DNA of 64,000 bases from an uncultured Candidatus Rokubacteria bacterium (GTDB lineage Bacteria > Methylomirabilota > Methylomirabilia > Rokubacteriales > CSP1-6), in assembly GCA_963762145.1 (NCBI GenBank), contig CAVXJS010000015.1:1-64000 (forward strand). The letters run 5' to 3'. The notes under the pieces are model-generated. The model was not told the DNA's origin and did not search any database. It saw only the letters and a program-made list of their open reading frames with translations. The position numbers were made by a program, and so were the translations under genes. Position 1 is the stretch's first letter; every line of letters begins with the position of its first letter. Positions 49,564 to 59,515 of the stretch are shown piece after piece.

Positions 49564-50040
49564 CTAGTTGACCGTGTAGCCCTTCGCGCCCATGCAGGAA
49601 GCGAGGGCGCGCTTGTAGTTGTCGCTGTAGGCCGCCTGCGCCTGCTGGTTCTGGGCCATCACCGCCTCCTGCTGATGCATCTGATCGCGCCGGCGCATCC
49701 CGCCCACCATGGCCCCGGTGGCCGCGCCGACGGCCGCACCCTTGCCCGCGTCACCCCCGATCGCCCCGCCGACCGCCCCGACCGCCGCGCCGCGCGCCGC
49801 GCCGCGCGCCGGGCTTGCGGTGGTCGGCGGCGGCGCGACCGCCTGCGGCGCGGCCATGGGCCCGCCGGTCTGCTGCTGCGCCCACGCCTGGCACTCTCCC
49901 GTGTCCTGCGCCTGCTGCTGCGGGCTCTGGCCCCGCTGCGGGTAGATGAACACCTGCTGCCCCCACGCGCTACTGACCATGAGCAGCAGCGTGCCGGCCA
50001 CCACCCAACCCCTCACCAGAACGGATCGCGTCTTAGTCAT
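49564..50040 (-). CDS. Glycine-zipper domain secreted protein
   Basis: YPQRGQS..QQ..D..EC..WA, GAARGAAVGAVGGAIGG, CM..KGYTV. Confidence 0.85.
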   Translation of the reverse strand: MTKTRSVLVRGWVVAGTLLLMVSSAWGQQVFIYPQRGQSPQQQAQDTGECQAWAQQQTGGPMAAPQAVAPPPTTASPARGAARGAAVGAVGGAIGGDAGKGAAVGAATGAMVGGMRRRDQMHQQEAVMAQNQQAQAAYSDNYKRALASCMGAKGYTVN

Positions 50041-50063
50041 CTCTCTTCCTCCTGTTCGGAATG

Positions 50064-51932
50064 TCATCGGGTCTCGGACAGTAACCCGCCTGCCTTCACG
50101 CCCGCGTGGAGCCGGAGAATGCGCCGCACCTCCTCGATGGTGTGGGGATTCCCCTGCGTGGAGTGATTCGACTTCACGATCAACTCGGACTCCACCGGCA
50201 TGATGTGGGCGCTCGAGTACTTTACCACCCCGTCGTCGCCGTCCTCGACCGGCCCGTCCCCCTCGACCGCGACGATCGAGTTGACGGTGATGGGCGGCGC
50301 GACCGGAATCTCCTGCAGGGCCTTGATGAAGTGATGGTTCGGTGACATGTTGTCGACCGCCGAGGGAACGACCATCGACATGGCCCCCGGATTGCGGGCC
50401 AGGTCCGCAGTCGTGTCGGCGATGTTAGCGGGCAGGCTCAGCATCTTTCTGGTGAGGTTGGCGATGATCGTGCGTCCGGCCACGAAGCTGCCCCGATGCG
50501 GCGTGCAGATGAACACCACGCGCGAGACCTGGGGCACGGGCTCGACGAACATGCCGCGCCGGAGCAGGTCGCGGGTCCGATCGGAGAGCACCATCTCATC
50601 GAGCGGCTTCTTGCTCGCCGCGTTCCAGAGCCGATCGCCACTGCTGATGCTCTGCATCTTGACCAGCAGGCCGCCCTGGCTGTGTCCGATCAGCACCATC
50701 CGGCGCAGGGCGGCGTCCTTGCCCTCGGGGTCGAGCCGTGCGACCGCCGCGCCCAGCGCCTCTCGCAGCCGGAGGGCGGAAAGCCCGATCGGATTACCCG
50801 AGTCGTACTGGAAGAACCAGAACTGGTAGCGGCTGCGGATCTCCGGGTCGGCCTGGAGCCGGTTGAACATCTCGGCCCAGCGCACGATGCTCGACGCGGT
50901 GCCGTGCACGAAGACCACCGGGATGAGGCCGGGCCGGTAGGGCGTGGTGGAGACGAGCGGGGGCCGCTCTCGCATGAGGCCCGAGAGCCGGCCCAGGAAC
51001 CCGAACATCTCGATCTCCATGACCGGCAGACCCGTGAACGTGAGCGCGATCGCCGCCGACGGCTCGCTCTCGAGCGGCACCTCCTCCCCCGCGATCGCGA
51101 CCGACTCCGCGTCCCAGGCCAGATGGAGCTCGAGACGACCCGCGAGCGGCTCTCCCTGTACGAGAGCACGCCGCGCGGCGGAGATCCGCAAGAGAGCGGT
51201 CAGCGGTATCTTCATCCTCGGCGCCACCAGGTCCCGGCCCGGCTTCGAGGCGTCGATCAGGCGGCTGGAGGCCGCCAGCGGAGCGCCGATTCCCGGCCCG
51301 CGATATCGCATGGCCAGCCCGTACACCTCCAGCTCCGCGATCGGGATGAACTGGTACAGCTCCCGGTCGCCGGCGCGAAGCGCGGCGGGATCGAAGGCTA
51401 CGGCGATCTTCCCGAACGGCAGGTCGAACGTGCCGGCGCGCGGCAGGACCTCCGATCCGTCCTCCGAGACGAAGGCCGTCATCAGCGCCCAGTTGTACAG
51501 GTCCGCCGCGATGCGCAGGCGAGGGTCGAAGCGTCCGGGCGCCGATCCGCTTCCCTCCGGGAAGAGGAAGGCCCACGCGTAGACGGCCCCCGCCATCTGG
51601 TAGCTCGGCTTGCCCGCGATCTGACCGTGCAGGAATGACAGCTCGGCCAGGGCGAAGAGCAGGTCCGGATCGCCACCGGTCGCAACCATCGTCTTGTGCA
51701 GCGCGGCCAGGACATCCTCCGGGCGCTCGTCGAACTCCACGAAGAGCCCCTGCTCGAGGAGCACGTTGCGCGTCTGCCAGGTCGGCTCCCCGGTGCTGGT
51801 GGCGCTCCGGGCGAGGTCGCGCAACACGACCTTGGGATCGGTCCGGTTCGTTCCCACCGGGCCCGCGCAGGCGGCAAGGACGAGGCACAGTGCACCCAGC
51901 ACCGCGAGCGGGCGCCACCTCGAAGCGATCAT
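50064..51932 (-). CDS. Alpha/beta-fold hydrolase lipoprotein
   Basis: LAAC lipobox, PVVFVHG, GHSQGG nucleophile, TPHRGS, DGVV.Y.SAH. Confidence 0.88.
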   Translation of the reverse strand: MIASRWRPLAVLGALCLVLAACAGPVGTNRTDPKVVLRDLARSATSTGEPTWQTRNVLLEQGLFVEFDERPEDVLAALHKTMVATGGDPDLLFALAELSFLHGQIAGKPSYQMAGAVYAWAFLFPEGSGSAPGRFDPRLRIAADLYNWALMTAFVSEDGSEVLPRAGTFDLPFGKIAVAFDPAALRAGDRELYQFIPIAELEVYGLAMRYRGPGIGAPLAASSRLIDASKPGRDLVAPRMKIPLTALLRISAARRALVQGEPLAGRLELHLAWDAESVAIAGEEVPLESEPSAAIALTFTGLPVMEIEMFGFLGRLSGLMRERPPLVSTTPYRPGLIPVVFVHGTASSIVRWAEMFNRLQADPEIRSRYQFWFFQYDSGNPIGLSALRLREALGAAVARLDPEGKDAALRRMVLIGHSQGGLLVKMQSISSGDRLWNAASKKPLDEMVLSDRTRDLLRRGMFVEPVPQVSRVVFICTPHRGSFVAGRTIIANLTRKMLSLPANIADTTADLARNPGAMSMVVPSAVDNMSPNHHFIKALQEIPVAPPITVNSIVAVEGDGPVEDGDDGVVKYSSAHIMPVESELIVKSNHSTQGNPHTIEEVRRILRLHAGVKAGGLLSETR

Positions 51933-52095
51933 ATGCTGCCGTTCATCCCACGACCTCCGCGTGTCGAGGCACTCCAGTCCCGTCCGCCGTGTCGACTCGG
52001 CATCATCTCACGAAACAGCGGGGATTCCGGTCCCGGCCTCACGATGCGGCCGTACCGGCCGGAAGACCCTGAGCGCGCCCCCAAGACTATCTCGC

Positions 52096-52770
52096 TCAAT
52101 CGTCCCGCCGGGACTGCACCAGCGACACGAGGCGAGCCAGCATGATCGTGAGATAGAGCTGTCCGCTCAGCGCCTCCAGCACCGCGAGCGCTCGCGCGAG
52201 GGGATGCACCGGCATGATGTCTCCGTAGCCCATCGTCGTCAGCGTCACGAAGCTGTAGTAATACGTCCACTGCAGCGTGCCCCCGTCGTCGACAGCTCCC
52301 GTGAATGCATCCGGATGCCAGAGCGTCACGAGCCCGTACGCGTGCGCCCAGGTCAAGCCCAGCAGCAGGTAGACGGCGATCGCCCCCTCGATGCGGTTGG
52401 TCGTGATGGGCCCGCGGCGAAGGACCAACCTCAGGATCACGGAGCAAAGAACGCCGAGGGTCGCCAGCGTGGAGATCTCGCCCCAGACCGTGAGGCTGGG
52501 CGTGGCGAAGAGCCAGCTCGCCCAGCGCACCAACAACGTGACGCCGGTGATCACGCACACGAACAGCACGATCCGTGGCCGGTCGGCCACCGCCGCCGCG
52601 CCCGAGATCAGCATCACGGAGGTGAGGACATCGCCGATCAGCCTGCCCGCCAACCCGACCGGCAACAGCGCCGGCATGAAAATGATCGCGACGACCATCG
52701 CGAGGAAGATCGAGAGATCTCGATCGTCCGTCCAGAATCGGAATCGCGCCGGCCGCGCCGCTCGCGTCAC
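52096..52770 (-). CDS. Potassium channel family (Ion_trans_2) membrane protein
   Basis: YYSFVTLTTMGYGDI.P selectivity filter, multiple TM segments. Confidence 0.88.
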   Translation of the reverse strand: MTRAARPARFRFWTDDRDLSIFLAMVVAIIFMPALLPVGLAGRLIGDVLTSVMLISGAAAVADRPRIVLFVCVITGVTLLVRWASWLFATPSLTVWGEISTLATLGVLCSVILRLVLRRGPITTNRIEGAIAVYLLLGLTWAHAYGLVTLWHPDAFTGAVDDGGTLQWTYYYSFVTLTTMGYGDIMPVHPLARALAVLEALSGQLYLTIMLARLVSLVQSRRDD

Positions 52771-52883
52771 TGCACCCTGGGTGGCAACAGGTAGAGCGTC
52801 ATGGCAAGGATCGAGCGCCCGCTGTTGGTGACGAGGGTGACGGTCATGGTGTCGATCAACACCATGACCACTGCGCTCCGGTA

Positions 52884-52899
52884 TAGGACCTTGGTCCTA
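52884..52899. promoter_or_regulatory. 16-bp palindromic box, consensus copy
   Basis: TAGGACC-TT-GGTCCTA with perfect arms, and TACGTT at 52923. Confidence 0.75.
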
Positions 52900-53026
52900 T
52901 GGCGGACCTCTACGAGCCCGAGTACGTTCGCTTCCGAGTGTCAGTCCACCTTAGTGAGGAGCGCGTGAGCGTGCCGATCAAGAGCTACCTGGCCCATCCG
53001 GCAAGATCACTCAGAGGAGGATCCAT

Positions 53027-53467
53027 GTGAGACAAGCCCTTGGTCGTCGCGGCTGGTCACCGATCGGCTGGCTGCTGGTGCTGACCGTGCTTCTCGCTCC
53101 GCTCGGCTGCTCGTTCTCGTACAGCTCGAAGAGCTCGTCGGACTCCTCCGCGAGCAGCTCGCGCTCCTCGAGCCCGGGCGACAGCGCGTTCCTCGACGAC
53201 GTGAGGAGCACGACCGAAGCCTACGCGAAATCGGGAGGGCCGTTCGACGCGTACCAGAAGAAGCTCGGTGATCTCGCCAAGGAGCACGGGATCACCAACT
53301 GGGAGGAGAATCTCGCCGCCTACGTCGCAATCGGGGAGGGCCTGGGCGAGGCGAAGGCCAGCCCGGGCCTCGTGGAGGCCTTCAAGGACAAGCTCGCCCC
53401 GCCGGGCAGCCCTTCCAGCTCCGACAAGCGCAACGCGATCCAGAAGGGGTTCGAATCCCGAAAGTGA
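53027..53467 (+). CDS. Putative lipoprotein with a Ser-rich linker
   Basis: LGCSFSYSS..S.SS, then A..HGITNWE....Y.AIGEGL. Confidence 0.75.
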   Translation: MRQALGRRGWSPIGWLLVLTVLLAPLGCSFSYSSKSSSDSSASSSRSSSPGDSAFLDDVRSTTEAYAKSGGPFDAYQKKLGDLAKEHGITNWEENLAAYVAIGEGLGEAKASPGLVEAFKDKLAPPGSPSSSDKRNAIQKGFESRK

Positions 53468-55362
53468 CCGGACTCACGCGGTACGCGCTCGCCATCACCG
53501 TTCTCCTGGTGGTGGCGAGCGTCCCGGCGTCGGCGGCCCCGCCCGCCCGCCAGGTCGAATACCTGTACATCAACGCGAGCGAGGGGAGCGCGAGCGGCGG
53601 ACACGCGGCCGTTCGCTTCGGCGATCAGGTCTTTCACTTCGAGCATCGCGCGCCCGGCATTCTGGTCCTCGCCCGCGACGGCTTCGAGCGCTTCCGCCAC
53701 CTCTACGGCGACCTCGAGAACCGCACCATCCGGGTGAGCCGGATCCCGGTCAGCGACGAGACGTACGACCTCCTCCTCGCCCAGTTCACCCGACACCATC
53801 TCGTGCAGCGCCAGCGCCTCGAGGCCCTGGAGGGTGTGCGGGCCGATCGCGCGCTGCTCGAGATCCTGTCGCGGCAGGACGCCGTCCCGGTCGAGGGGCT
53901 TGGCCTCTTCGTCGAGGCCGCCGCGGGCGACGCCTCGACCGCTCCCGAGCCGACCCTGGTCGCCCTGCGCGCGCGGGTCGCTGCACGCTATGGGTCGGAG
54001 TTCATCGTTCGACGCAGCGCCGAGCTCGCGGCCCGCCTCGCCGAGCTCGAACCCGACCGACCCGGCCCGGCGCGCCCCGGCACCGCCCCCACCGTTGCAG
54101 ACGACGATCTCCTTCCCCCGTCCTATCCCTTCTCCGAGCGCTTCCGGGACACGAGTCAGGCGCTGGCCGCGCTCGACGTGCTCGACGGCGCCCGGCCGCC
54201 TGGGTCCGGCGCGATCATCTCGGCGCCGTCGCGGCCACTGCCGCTCCAGTCGGGCGAAGCCGCGATCGTGACGAAGCTGGCCGATGCCCTCGAGGAGACC
54301 CTGGTGCGGCTCCTGGACACCCCGCGCCCCGACTGGGGCCTGGCCATGCTGGTCGGCATGGCGCGCCTGACCGCGCTCCGCGAGACGGCGCAGACCGGGC
54401 GCTGGGTCGTGCTCGACGCCTTCTCGGCCGATGCGCCGACCCTGCCGCCGGCCCGCTCGACGCGGCGCCGACAGGTCCTGACCACGATCCGGGAGGAGAA
54501 TCTGGCCGCCTTCGACGCGGCGCGAACGGCCCTGCTGGCGGCGGCGGACGGAGCGGAGGGATTCCCCGAGGGCCTCTACGCGCGGCTGGAAACGGCGGCG
54601 AATCGCTGGCTCGAGGTCGCCCGCGCGCTCGACGAGACGCGACCGCTGCGCGTGCAGCGCGGGGTCCTCCTGCCCTCTCGCCCGGGCCTCCCCCCGCCGA
54701 GCCGCACGCCGCAGTACGATCCGACCCGGCTCGCGCGGGCGGTGGAGGCGGTCACCCGCGAGGAGAGCGGGTCCCTCACGGCCCTGGAGCGCGATTACGC
54801 GTACAACATCGTGGCGCGCAACTGCGTCTCGGAGATCTTCCGCGAGGTCGAGATCGCCCTGGCCCGGGGCGCGAACACGGAAGACCCGGCCCTGATCCGC
54901 GAGGAATCGATCCGCCGGCTGGGCGGCCACGTCGAGATGGCGGGCTCCCTCGCCTTCATCCCGCGGATCTCGGCCCTGGTGGTGGAGGACACCTACGCGG
55001 TGGCCGAGCGCCTGCGCTTCGCCTCCTACCGCGACCGCCAGCTCGCCCTGATGCGGCGGGACGAGAACGCGGTGTGGGTGTTCCTGCGCGAGTCGAACGT
55101 CGTCACGTCGACGCTCTACCGCGCGCAGCCCAGCGACTCGATCTTCCTCTTCTTCACCGACGACTTGGTGGCGCCGCGCCCGCTGTTCGGCGCGGTCAAC
55201 CTCGTGACCGGTCTCGCCGCGAGCGCGGTGGGCCTGGCGATGCTGCCGGTGGACGGCGGCGAGATGCTCTGGGCGGGCCTCCGCGGGGCCCTGTTCAGCC
55301 TCCCCGAGCTCGTCTTCCAGAACATCCGCAAGGGCTCGTTCGACCTGCCCGCCGGCCGGTGA
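53464..55362 (+). CDS. Secreted hypothetical protein, possible His/Cys catalytic pair
   Basis: Signal peptide, EG.ASGGH.A, Y.IV.RNCV, FLFFTDD. GTGA-coupled to the lipoprotein. Confidence 0.7.
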   Translation: MTGLTRYALAITVLLVVASVPASAAPPARQVEYLYINASEGSASGGHAAVRFGDQVFHFEHRAPGILVLARDGFERFRHLYGDLENRTIRVSRIPVSDETYDLLLAQFTRHHLVQRQRLEALEGVRADRALLEILSRQDAVPVEGLGLFVEAAAGDASTAPEPTLVALRARVAARYGSEFIVRRSAELAARLAELEPDRPGPARPGTAPTVADDDLLPPSYPFSERFRDTSQALAALDVLDGARPPGSGAIISAPSRPLPLQSGEAAIVTKLADALEETLVRLLDTPRPDWGLAMLVGMARLTALRETAQTGRWVVLDAFSADAPTLPPARSTRRRQVLTTIREENLAAFDAARTALLAAADGAEGFPEGLYARLETAANRWLEVARALDETRPLRVQRGVLLPSRPGLPPPSRTPQYDPTRLARAVEAVTREESGSLTALERDYAYNIVARNCVSEIFREVEIALARGANTEDPALIREESIRRLGGHVEMAGSLAFIPRISALVVEDTYAVAERLRFASYRDRQLALMRRDENAVWVFLRESNVVTSTLYRAQPSDSIFLFFTDDLVAPRPLFGAVNLVTGLAASAVGLAMLPVDGGEMLWAGLRGALFSLPELVFQNIRKGSFDLPAGR

Positions 55363-55401
55363 CGCGCCCCCGGCCGGCGAGGGTCCTCCTCATCGCCGTC
55401 G

Positions 55402-56010
55402 TTACTTGGCCGGCTTGTCGAGGGCGACCGCCAGCGCCTGCGTGTAGGTGATCTCGACGAGGTCGCCCGCCTTGACGTTGGCGAGATTCGCGGCGTCCTT
55501 CACCTTGATGGTCTCGACATTACCCTGGGGCCCCTTGATCGTGACCGAGGGCGCCTGCTTGTTGACGGCGGTGATGGTGGCCGTGACGCTGACCTGGCGG
55601 GCCATCGCCCCGGCCGGGTTCTCCCCCGGCTTCGAGCCCACCCGGCGCTCCTCCACCGCGGCTCCGCGAGCCGCCGAGCCCGCCTTCTTCACCTCGATCG
55701 CGAGGGCCTCGATATACGTACCGACGACCGGGTCCCCGACCTTGAGAACATCGAGCTTGGCGGGGTCGTTCACATCGAGCGTGATCGTCCGGCCCTTCGG
55801 CCCCTTCAGGGTGACGGTGCTCTTCTCCTTGTCGACAGCTGAGATCGTACCCCGCACCGTGACTTGCCGCGCCTCCCCCATGGCCGGCTTCGCCTCGGAC
55901 TTGGCGCCGGCAGGCGGGGCCGACGGCGCCGGCGTCTGAGCGAAGGCGGGGGTGGCATAGGCAGAGAGCAATCCGACCATCACGAGGATCGTCACGCGGG
56001 CTCGATTCAT
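55402..56010 (-). CDS. Secreted protein with two OB-fold-like repeats
   Basis: Duplicated TI.AV.K....VT.KGP.G......V.D...L...K.GD.V...Y. Confidence 0.8.
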   Translation of the reverse strand: MNRARVTILVMVGLLSAYATPAFAQTPAPSAPPAGAKSEAKPAMGEARQVTVRGTISAVDKEKSTVTLKGPKGRTITLDVNDPAKLDVLKVGDPVVGTYIEALAIEVKKAGSAARGAAVEERRVGSKPGENPAGAMARQVSVTATITAVNKQAPSVTIKGPQGNVETIKVKDAANLANVKAGDLVEITYTQALAVALDKPAK

Positions 56011-56013
56011 TTG

Positions 56014-58518
56014 TCATCCTCCCTCTGGTGAGCGCCGAGGCTCACGATCGTGGTTCGGCATTATAGTCCCATCCGCGGGCGCGGCGGGTTCGCGGTGGAG
56101 CCGCACCTCCTGCTGCGGCAACGGGATCGTCATGCCCGCCTTGCGAAGGGCCGCGTAGACGGCGACCCCGACCTCGCTCTTGACCGTGCCGTGCCGGTCG
56201 AGGCGCGCGGTCCACGAGTACAGCACGAACCGGAGCGCGCTGTCGCCGAAGCCCAGGAACAGCGCCTCCGGGGGCGGCTCCGCGGCCACGTCCGGATGCG
56301 CCCTCGCAACGTCGGCCAGGACCTTGAGCACCTCCTCCGGGGCCGTCCCGTACGCCACGTTGACCTGGACGTCGAGCCGCCGCCGGTACACCGATGGTGT
56401 CCAGTTGATGACCTGCTGGGCCACCAGCATCGAGTTGGGGACGATGACCTCGGCACCCTCCCCACCGGCCACCGTGCTCGACCGGATGCCGATCCGGCGC
56501 ACCACGCCCTGGACGTCCCCGATCTGGATGGCGTCCCCGACCCGCACGGGCCGCTCGAAGAGCACGATGAGCCCGGAGACGAAGTTGTTCACGATGTTCT
56601 GGAGCCCGAAGCCCACCCCCACGCCCAGGGCCCCCCCGAGCACGGTGACGCGATCCAGGTTCACGCCCAGCATGAGCAAGGCGACGATGAATCCCAGCGA
56701 GACCATCGCATACCGCACGAGGGTCGCGAGCGCGTAGGGCAGCCCCGGCGCAAGGTGGACCCGCGGGAACACGTCCTCCTCGAGCACGAACCGGACGAAG
56801 GAGGACAGGAGGAACGCGAGCCACACCGTGAGCGCGAAGGCGATGACGTCCCCCAGCGAGAGGCTGAACGCCCCCCGGGTCAGCTCGGCACCGAGGATGC
56901 GCCGGCCCCAGGCCCAGGCCGGCGTGAGGAGGCCGAAGTAACCGAGCGTTCCCACGATCCACGCGATCACCCCGAGGCCGCGCAGCATCACGTGCGCGCG
57001 TTGCTCGAGGAGCGCCCGGTTGTGCTCCACCATTCCGAGCCCGCGGAGCGGCGGAGCGCGCAGCGCGAAGGAAACCAGGCCGTTCGCCAGGTGTCGCCCC
57101 GCCTCGAGCGCGAACGCAAGGAACCCGCTCGCGAAGAGTCCCGAGGCCACGAGTCGCGCAAGGGCCACGTGGCCCAGGACGGCCGAGACGAAGGCGATGA
57201 CGAAGCCCGCGAGCGTAAGGCCCAGCGCGACGTGCACCGTGCGGCCGATGAGGGGGCCCATGTTTGCGAAGAGAGCCTGGGCACGGGCTCGCTGGAAGAA
57301 CCACGCGAGGACGCCCGCGGCGGCCAGCATCTCCAGGACGAGCAGGTAGCGCTCGGCCCGCGGCAGCCCGACGACGAGCCCGCGGAGACGATCCACGACG
57401 AAGAATGCGGCCAGGAGGTACAGCCCCCGGAGCAACCGCGGGGCGACGAGGTCTCGGAGAATCACCAGCAGGGGAACGAGCGTCCCGATCTCGGCGAGGG
57501 TGTGAGCGATCCGCGATCCCGCGGCGTAGATCCAGAACGATACCAGCAGAGCGAGGACGAGCGCGGCGGCGACCGGATGCTCGAGCAGCGGGCCGAGCGA
57601 CGCCACGGCGGCGTCGGCCGGCCGGCCGCGCGCGCGGCGGCGGGCCAGCCAGAAGACACCGACGAGGCCGAGCACGAGGGCGGCGTGTCCGGCCATGTTA
57701 TCGGACTGGTCACGGATGAGCTGCCCGAGCGCGGCGCGCACGGACACACCCGTCGAGCGCAGCGCGGCGGCGGCCTCGGACGGCGTGAGCGGGTGGATCC
57801 GCCAGATCGGCGGGCTCTCGCGCACGAACAGGTCGCCCGCGGCCCGCCGGCGGGCCCGGCCCAGCTCGACGAGCGCGTCCTCGCAGCGCGACAGCTCGCG
57901 TGCGACGCGATCCTGAAGGACCAGCATGGCGGCGCGGGCGGTCTCGACGCGCTTTCGCGCCGTCTCGATGGCGGCGAGCACGGTGTCGATGCGCTCGAGG
58001 GTGGGCCCGGGCGTCGTGTCGCGGACGCTCCGGCGCGTGAGGTTCCACGTCTCCTCGAGACGCCCGAGCCGGGCGCGCTGCTCGTCGAGCTGGATCGCCT
58101 GGGCGGTGAGGGTCTCGACCCAGGCGGCAATGGAGAGCCGGGCGGCCTCCCACGTCTCGATCAGGCTGTCGAGCTTGCCCAGGCTGGGCCGCTCGTCCAG
58201 GGCCTTCCGGGTCTGATCGCGGTCGACGGCGATGCGCTCGCTGAGCGTGGGAAGCTCGGCCTCGATGCTCTCGATGCGCGCGCTCGGCGCCAGCGTCGCG
58301 TCCACCGCGCGCAGGAACTCGCCGACGTCCCCGGCCTGACGCGCGACCTCGGCGACGGGGATCGAGGTGAGGGGCGCCGCGGCGCCGCTCGTGCGGGGCG
58401 GGTCTGCCGCCCGGCCCTGGGCGAGCGCCGGACTCGCCAGCGCGAGCACAAGGGCTAGTGCTCCCAACCAGAGCGCGTGGAGCCTGGTGGTACCGCCCGG
58501 TGCTTCCCCCGACCTCAT
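56014..58518 (-). CDS. Large mechanosensitive channel (MscS/MscK-like)
   Basis: GALGVGVGFGLQNIVNNFVSGLIVLFERPVRVGD, IGIRS, VPNS, P.PQ. ATG start at 58518. Confidence 0.9.
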   Translation of the reverse strand: MRSGEAPGGTTRLHALWLGALALVLALASPALAQGRAADPPRTSGAAAPLTSIPVAEVARQAGDVGEFLRAVDATLAPSARIESIEAELPTLSERIAVDRDQTRKALDERPSLGKLDSLIETWEAARLSIAAWVETLTAQAIQLDEQRARLGRLEETWNLTRRSVRDTTPGPTLERIDTVLAAIETARKRVETARAAMLVLQDRVARELSRCEDALVELGRARRRAAGDLFVRESPPIWRIHPLTPSEAAAALRSTGVSVRAALGQLIRDQSDNMAGHAALVLGLVGVFWLARRRARGRPADAAVASLGPLLEHPVAAALVLALLVSFWIYAAGSRIAHTLAEIGTLVPLLVILRDLVAPRLLRGLYLLAAFFVVDRLRGLVVGLPRAERYLLVLEMLAAAGVLAWFFQRARAQALFANMGPLIGRTVHVALGLTLAGFVIAFVSAVLGHVALARLVASGLFASGFLAFALEAGRHLANGLVSFALRAPPLRGLGMVEHNRALLEQRAHVMLRGLGVIAWIVGTLGYFGLLTPAWAWGRRILGAELTRGAFSLSLGDVIAFALTVWLAFLLSSFVRFVLEEDVFPRVHLAPGLPYALATLVRYAMVSLGFIVALLMLGVNLDRVTVLGGALGVGVGFGLQNIVNNFVSGLIVLFERPVRVGDAIQIGDVQGVVRRIGIRSSTVAGGEGAEVIVPNSMLVAQQVINWTPSVYRRRLDVQVNVAYGTAPEEVLKVLADVARAHPDVAAEPPPEALFLGFGDSALRFVLYSWTARLDRHGTVKSEVGVAVYAALRKAGMTIPLPQQEVRLHREPAAPADGTIMPNHDREPRRSPEGG

Positions 58519-58560
58519 GATCCTGTCTGTCTCTCTACGGTGCGGGAGGGCCATGGACAA

Positions 58561-58576
58561 TAAGACCTTGGTCCCA
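58561..58576. promoter_or_regulatory. 16-bp palindromic box between mscS and the lipoprotein-pal pair
   Basis: TAAGACCTTGGTCCCA, with TAGGCT at 58599. Confidence 0.65.
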
Positions 58577-58644
58577 TTGCCCCCCACCCCCAGTCGCGTA
58601 GGCTTCGATGGCGATTGTTCCAACTTGAATGCGGAGGATATGCC

Positions 58645-58905
58645 ATGCGCGCGGTAGCCGGTGGAACGATGCTGTTGCTTGGAGTGGCGCTGTTCACGGG
58701 AGCGTGCGCGACGTCGGAGGAATGGTCGGAGTGGCGCTCGCACAGGACCCACTTCGCATCCGGCCAGCACGGGATCTTCTCCCTGCGAAACAACAAGGAC
58801 GGCTCGAACCCACGGGTGACGCGACTGGACGTCGATGCGGCGCGGAGCGAGACCTGGTGGGGCAAGGCGATCACGGTCAATCCCGACCAGATCTTCCAGA
58901 ACTAG
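58645..58905 (+). CDS. Small hypothetical lipoprotein
   Basis: GGAGGA RBS, lipobox-like TGAC, W..H.THFASG.H. Confidence 0.7.
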   Translation: MRAVAGGTMLLLGVALFTGACATSEEWSEWRSHRTHFASGQHGIFSLRNNKDGSNPRVTRLDVDAARSETWWGKAITVNPDQIFQN

Positions 58906-58926
58906 GCCGGCCAGAGGAGACCTCTC

Positions 58927-59508
58927 ATGCGACTCAGAGCGTTCGCCGTCATCGTGCCGACCATCGGGCTGGCCTTGATGCTCACCGGATGCCCGAAGCG
59001 TCCGATGGTTCCCGTCGCCTCGGCGCCGCCGCCGGTCGCTCCGGCCCCGACTCCGCCCCCGGCACCCGCACCGGCGGCCCCGACTCCGCCGCCGGTCGTC
59101 GCGGCTCCGGCCGCGCCGCCGACGCCGGCTCCGACCCCGCCCCCGGCTCCGCCGAAGGAGTACATGCCCAATAGCGCGCTCAAGCGGATCAACTTCGCCT
59201 TCGACCAGGCGGTGATTCGTCCCGCCGACGCCAAGACGCTCGACGCGAGCGCTGTCTGGCTCAAGGCGAACCCGAACCAGCTCGTGCTGATCGAAGGGCA
59301 CTGCGACGAGCGCGGGACCAACGAGTACAACCTGGCCCTGGGTGACCGGCGGGCCCGGGCCGCGCAGAACTACCTCGTGGCGCAGGGGATCGCGGCGGAT
59401 CGCATCACCCTGATCTCCTACGGCGAGGAGCGGCCCCTCTGCCAGGAGAAGACCGAGACCTGCTGGGCGACGAACCGGCGCGACGAGTTCCTGACCAAGG
59501 AGCGCTGA
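58927..59508 (+). CDS. pal: Peptidoglycan-associated lipoprotein (OmpA-like) with a Pro-rich linker
   Basis: LTGC lipobox, IEGHCDERGTNEYNLALGDRRA, SYGEERP, NRR. Confidence 0.9.
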   Translation: MRLRAFAVIVPTIGLALMLTGCPKRPMVPVASAPPPVAPAPTPPPAPAPAAPTPPPVVAAPAAPPTPAPTPPPAPPKEYMPNSALKRINFAFDQAVIRPADAKTLDASAVWLKANPNQLVLIEGHCDERGTNEYNLALGDRRARAAQNYLVAQGIAADRITLISYGEERPLCQEKTETCWATNRRDEFLTKER

Positions 59509-59515
59509 CCGGCGC

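Noticed and set aside
6992-58576. The 16-bp repeats as CRISPR repeats, attC sites or IS ends
   Set aside because: They are irregularly spaced and degenerate, sit upstream of starts at fixed -10 spacing, and no cas or integron integrase gene is present.
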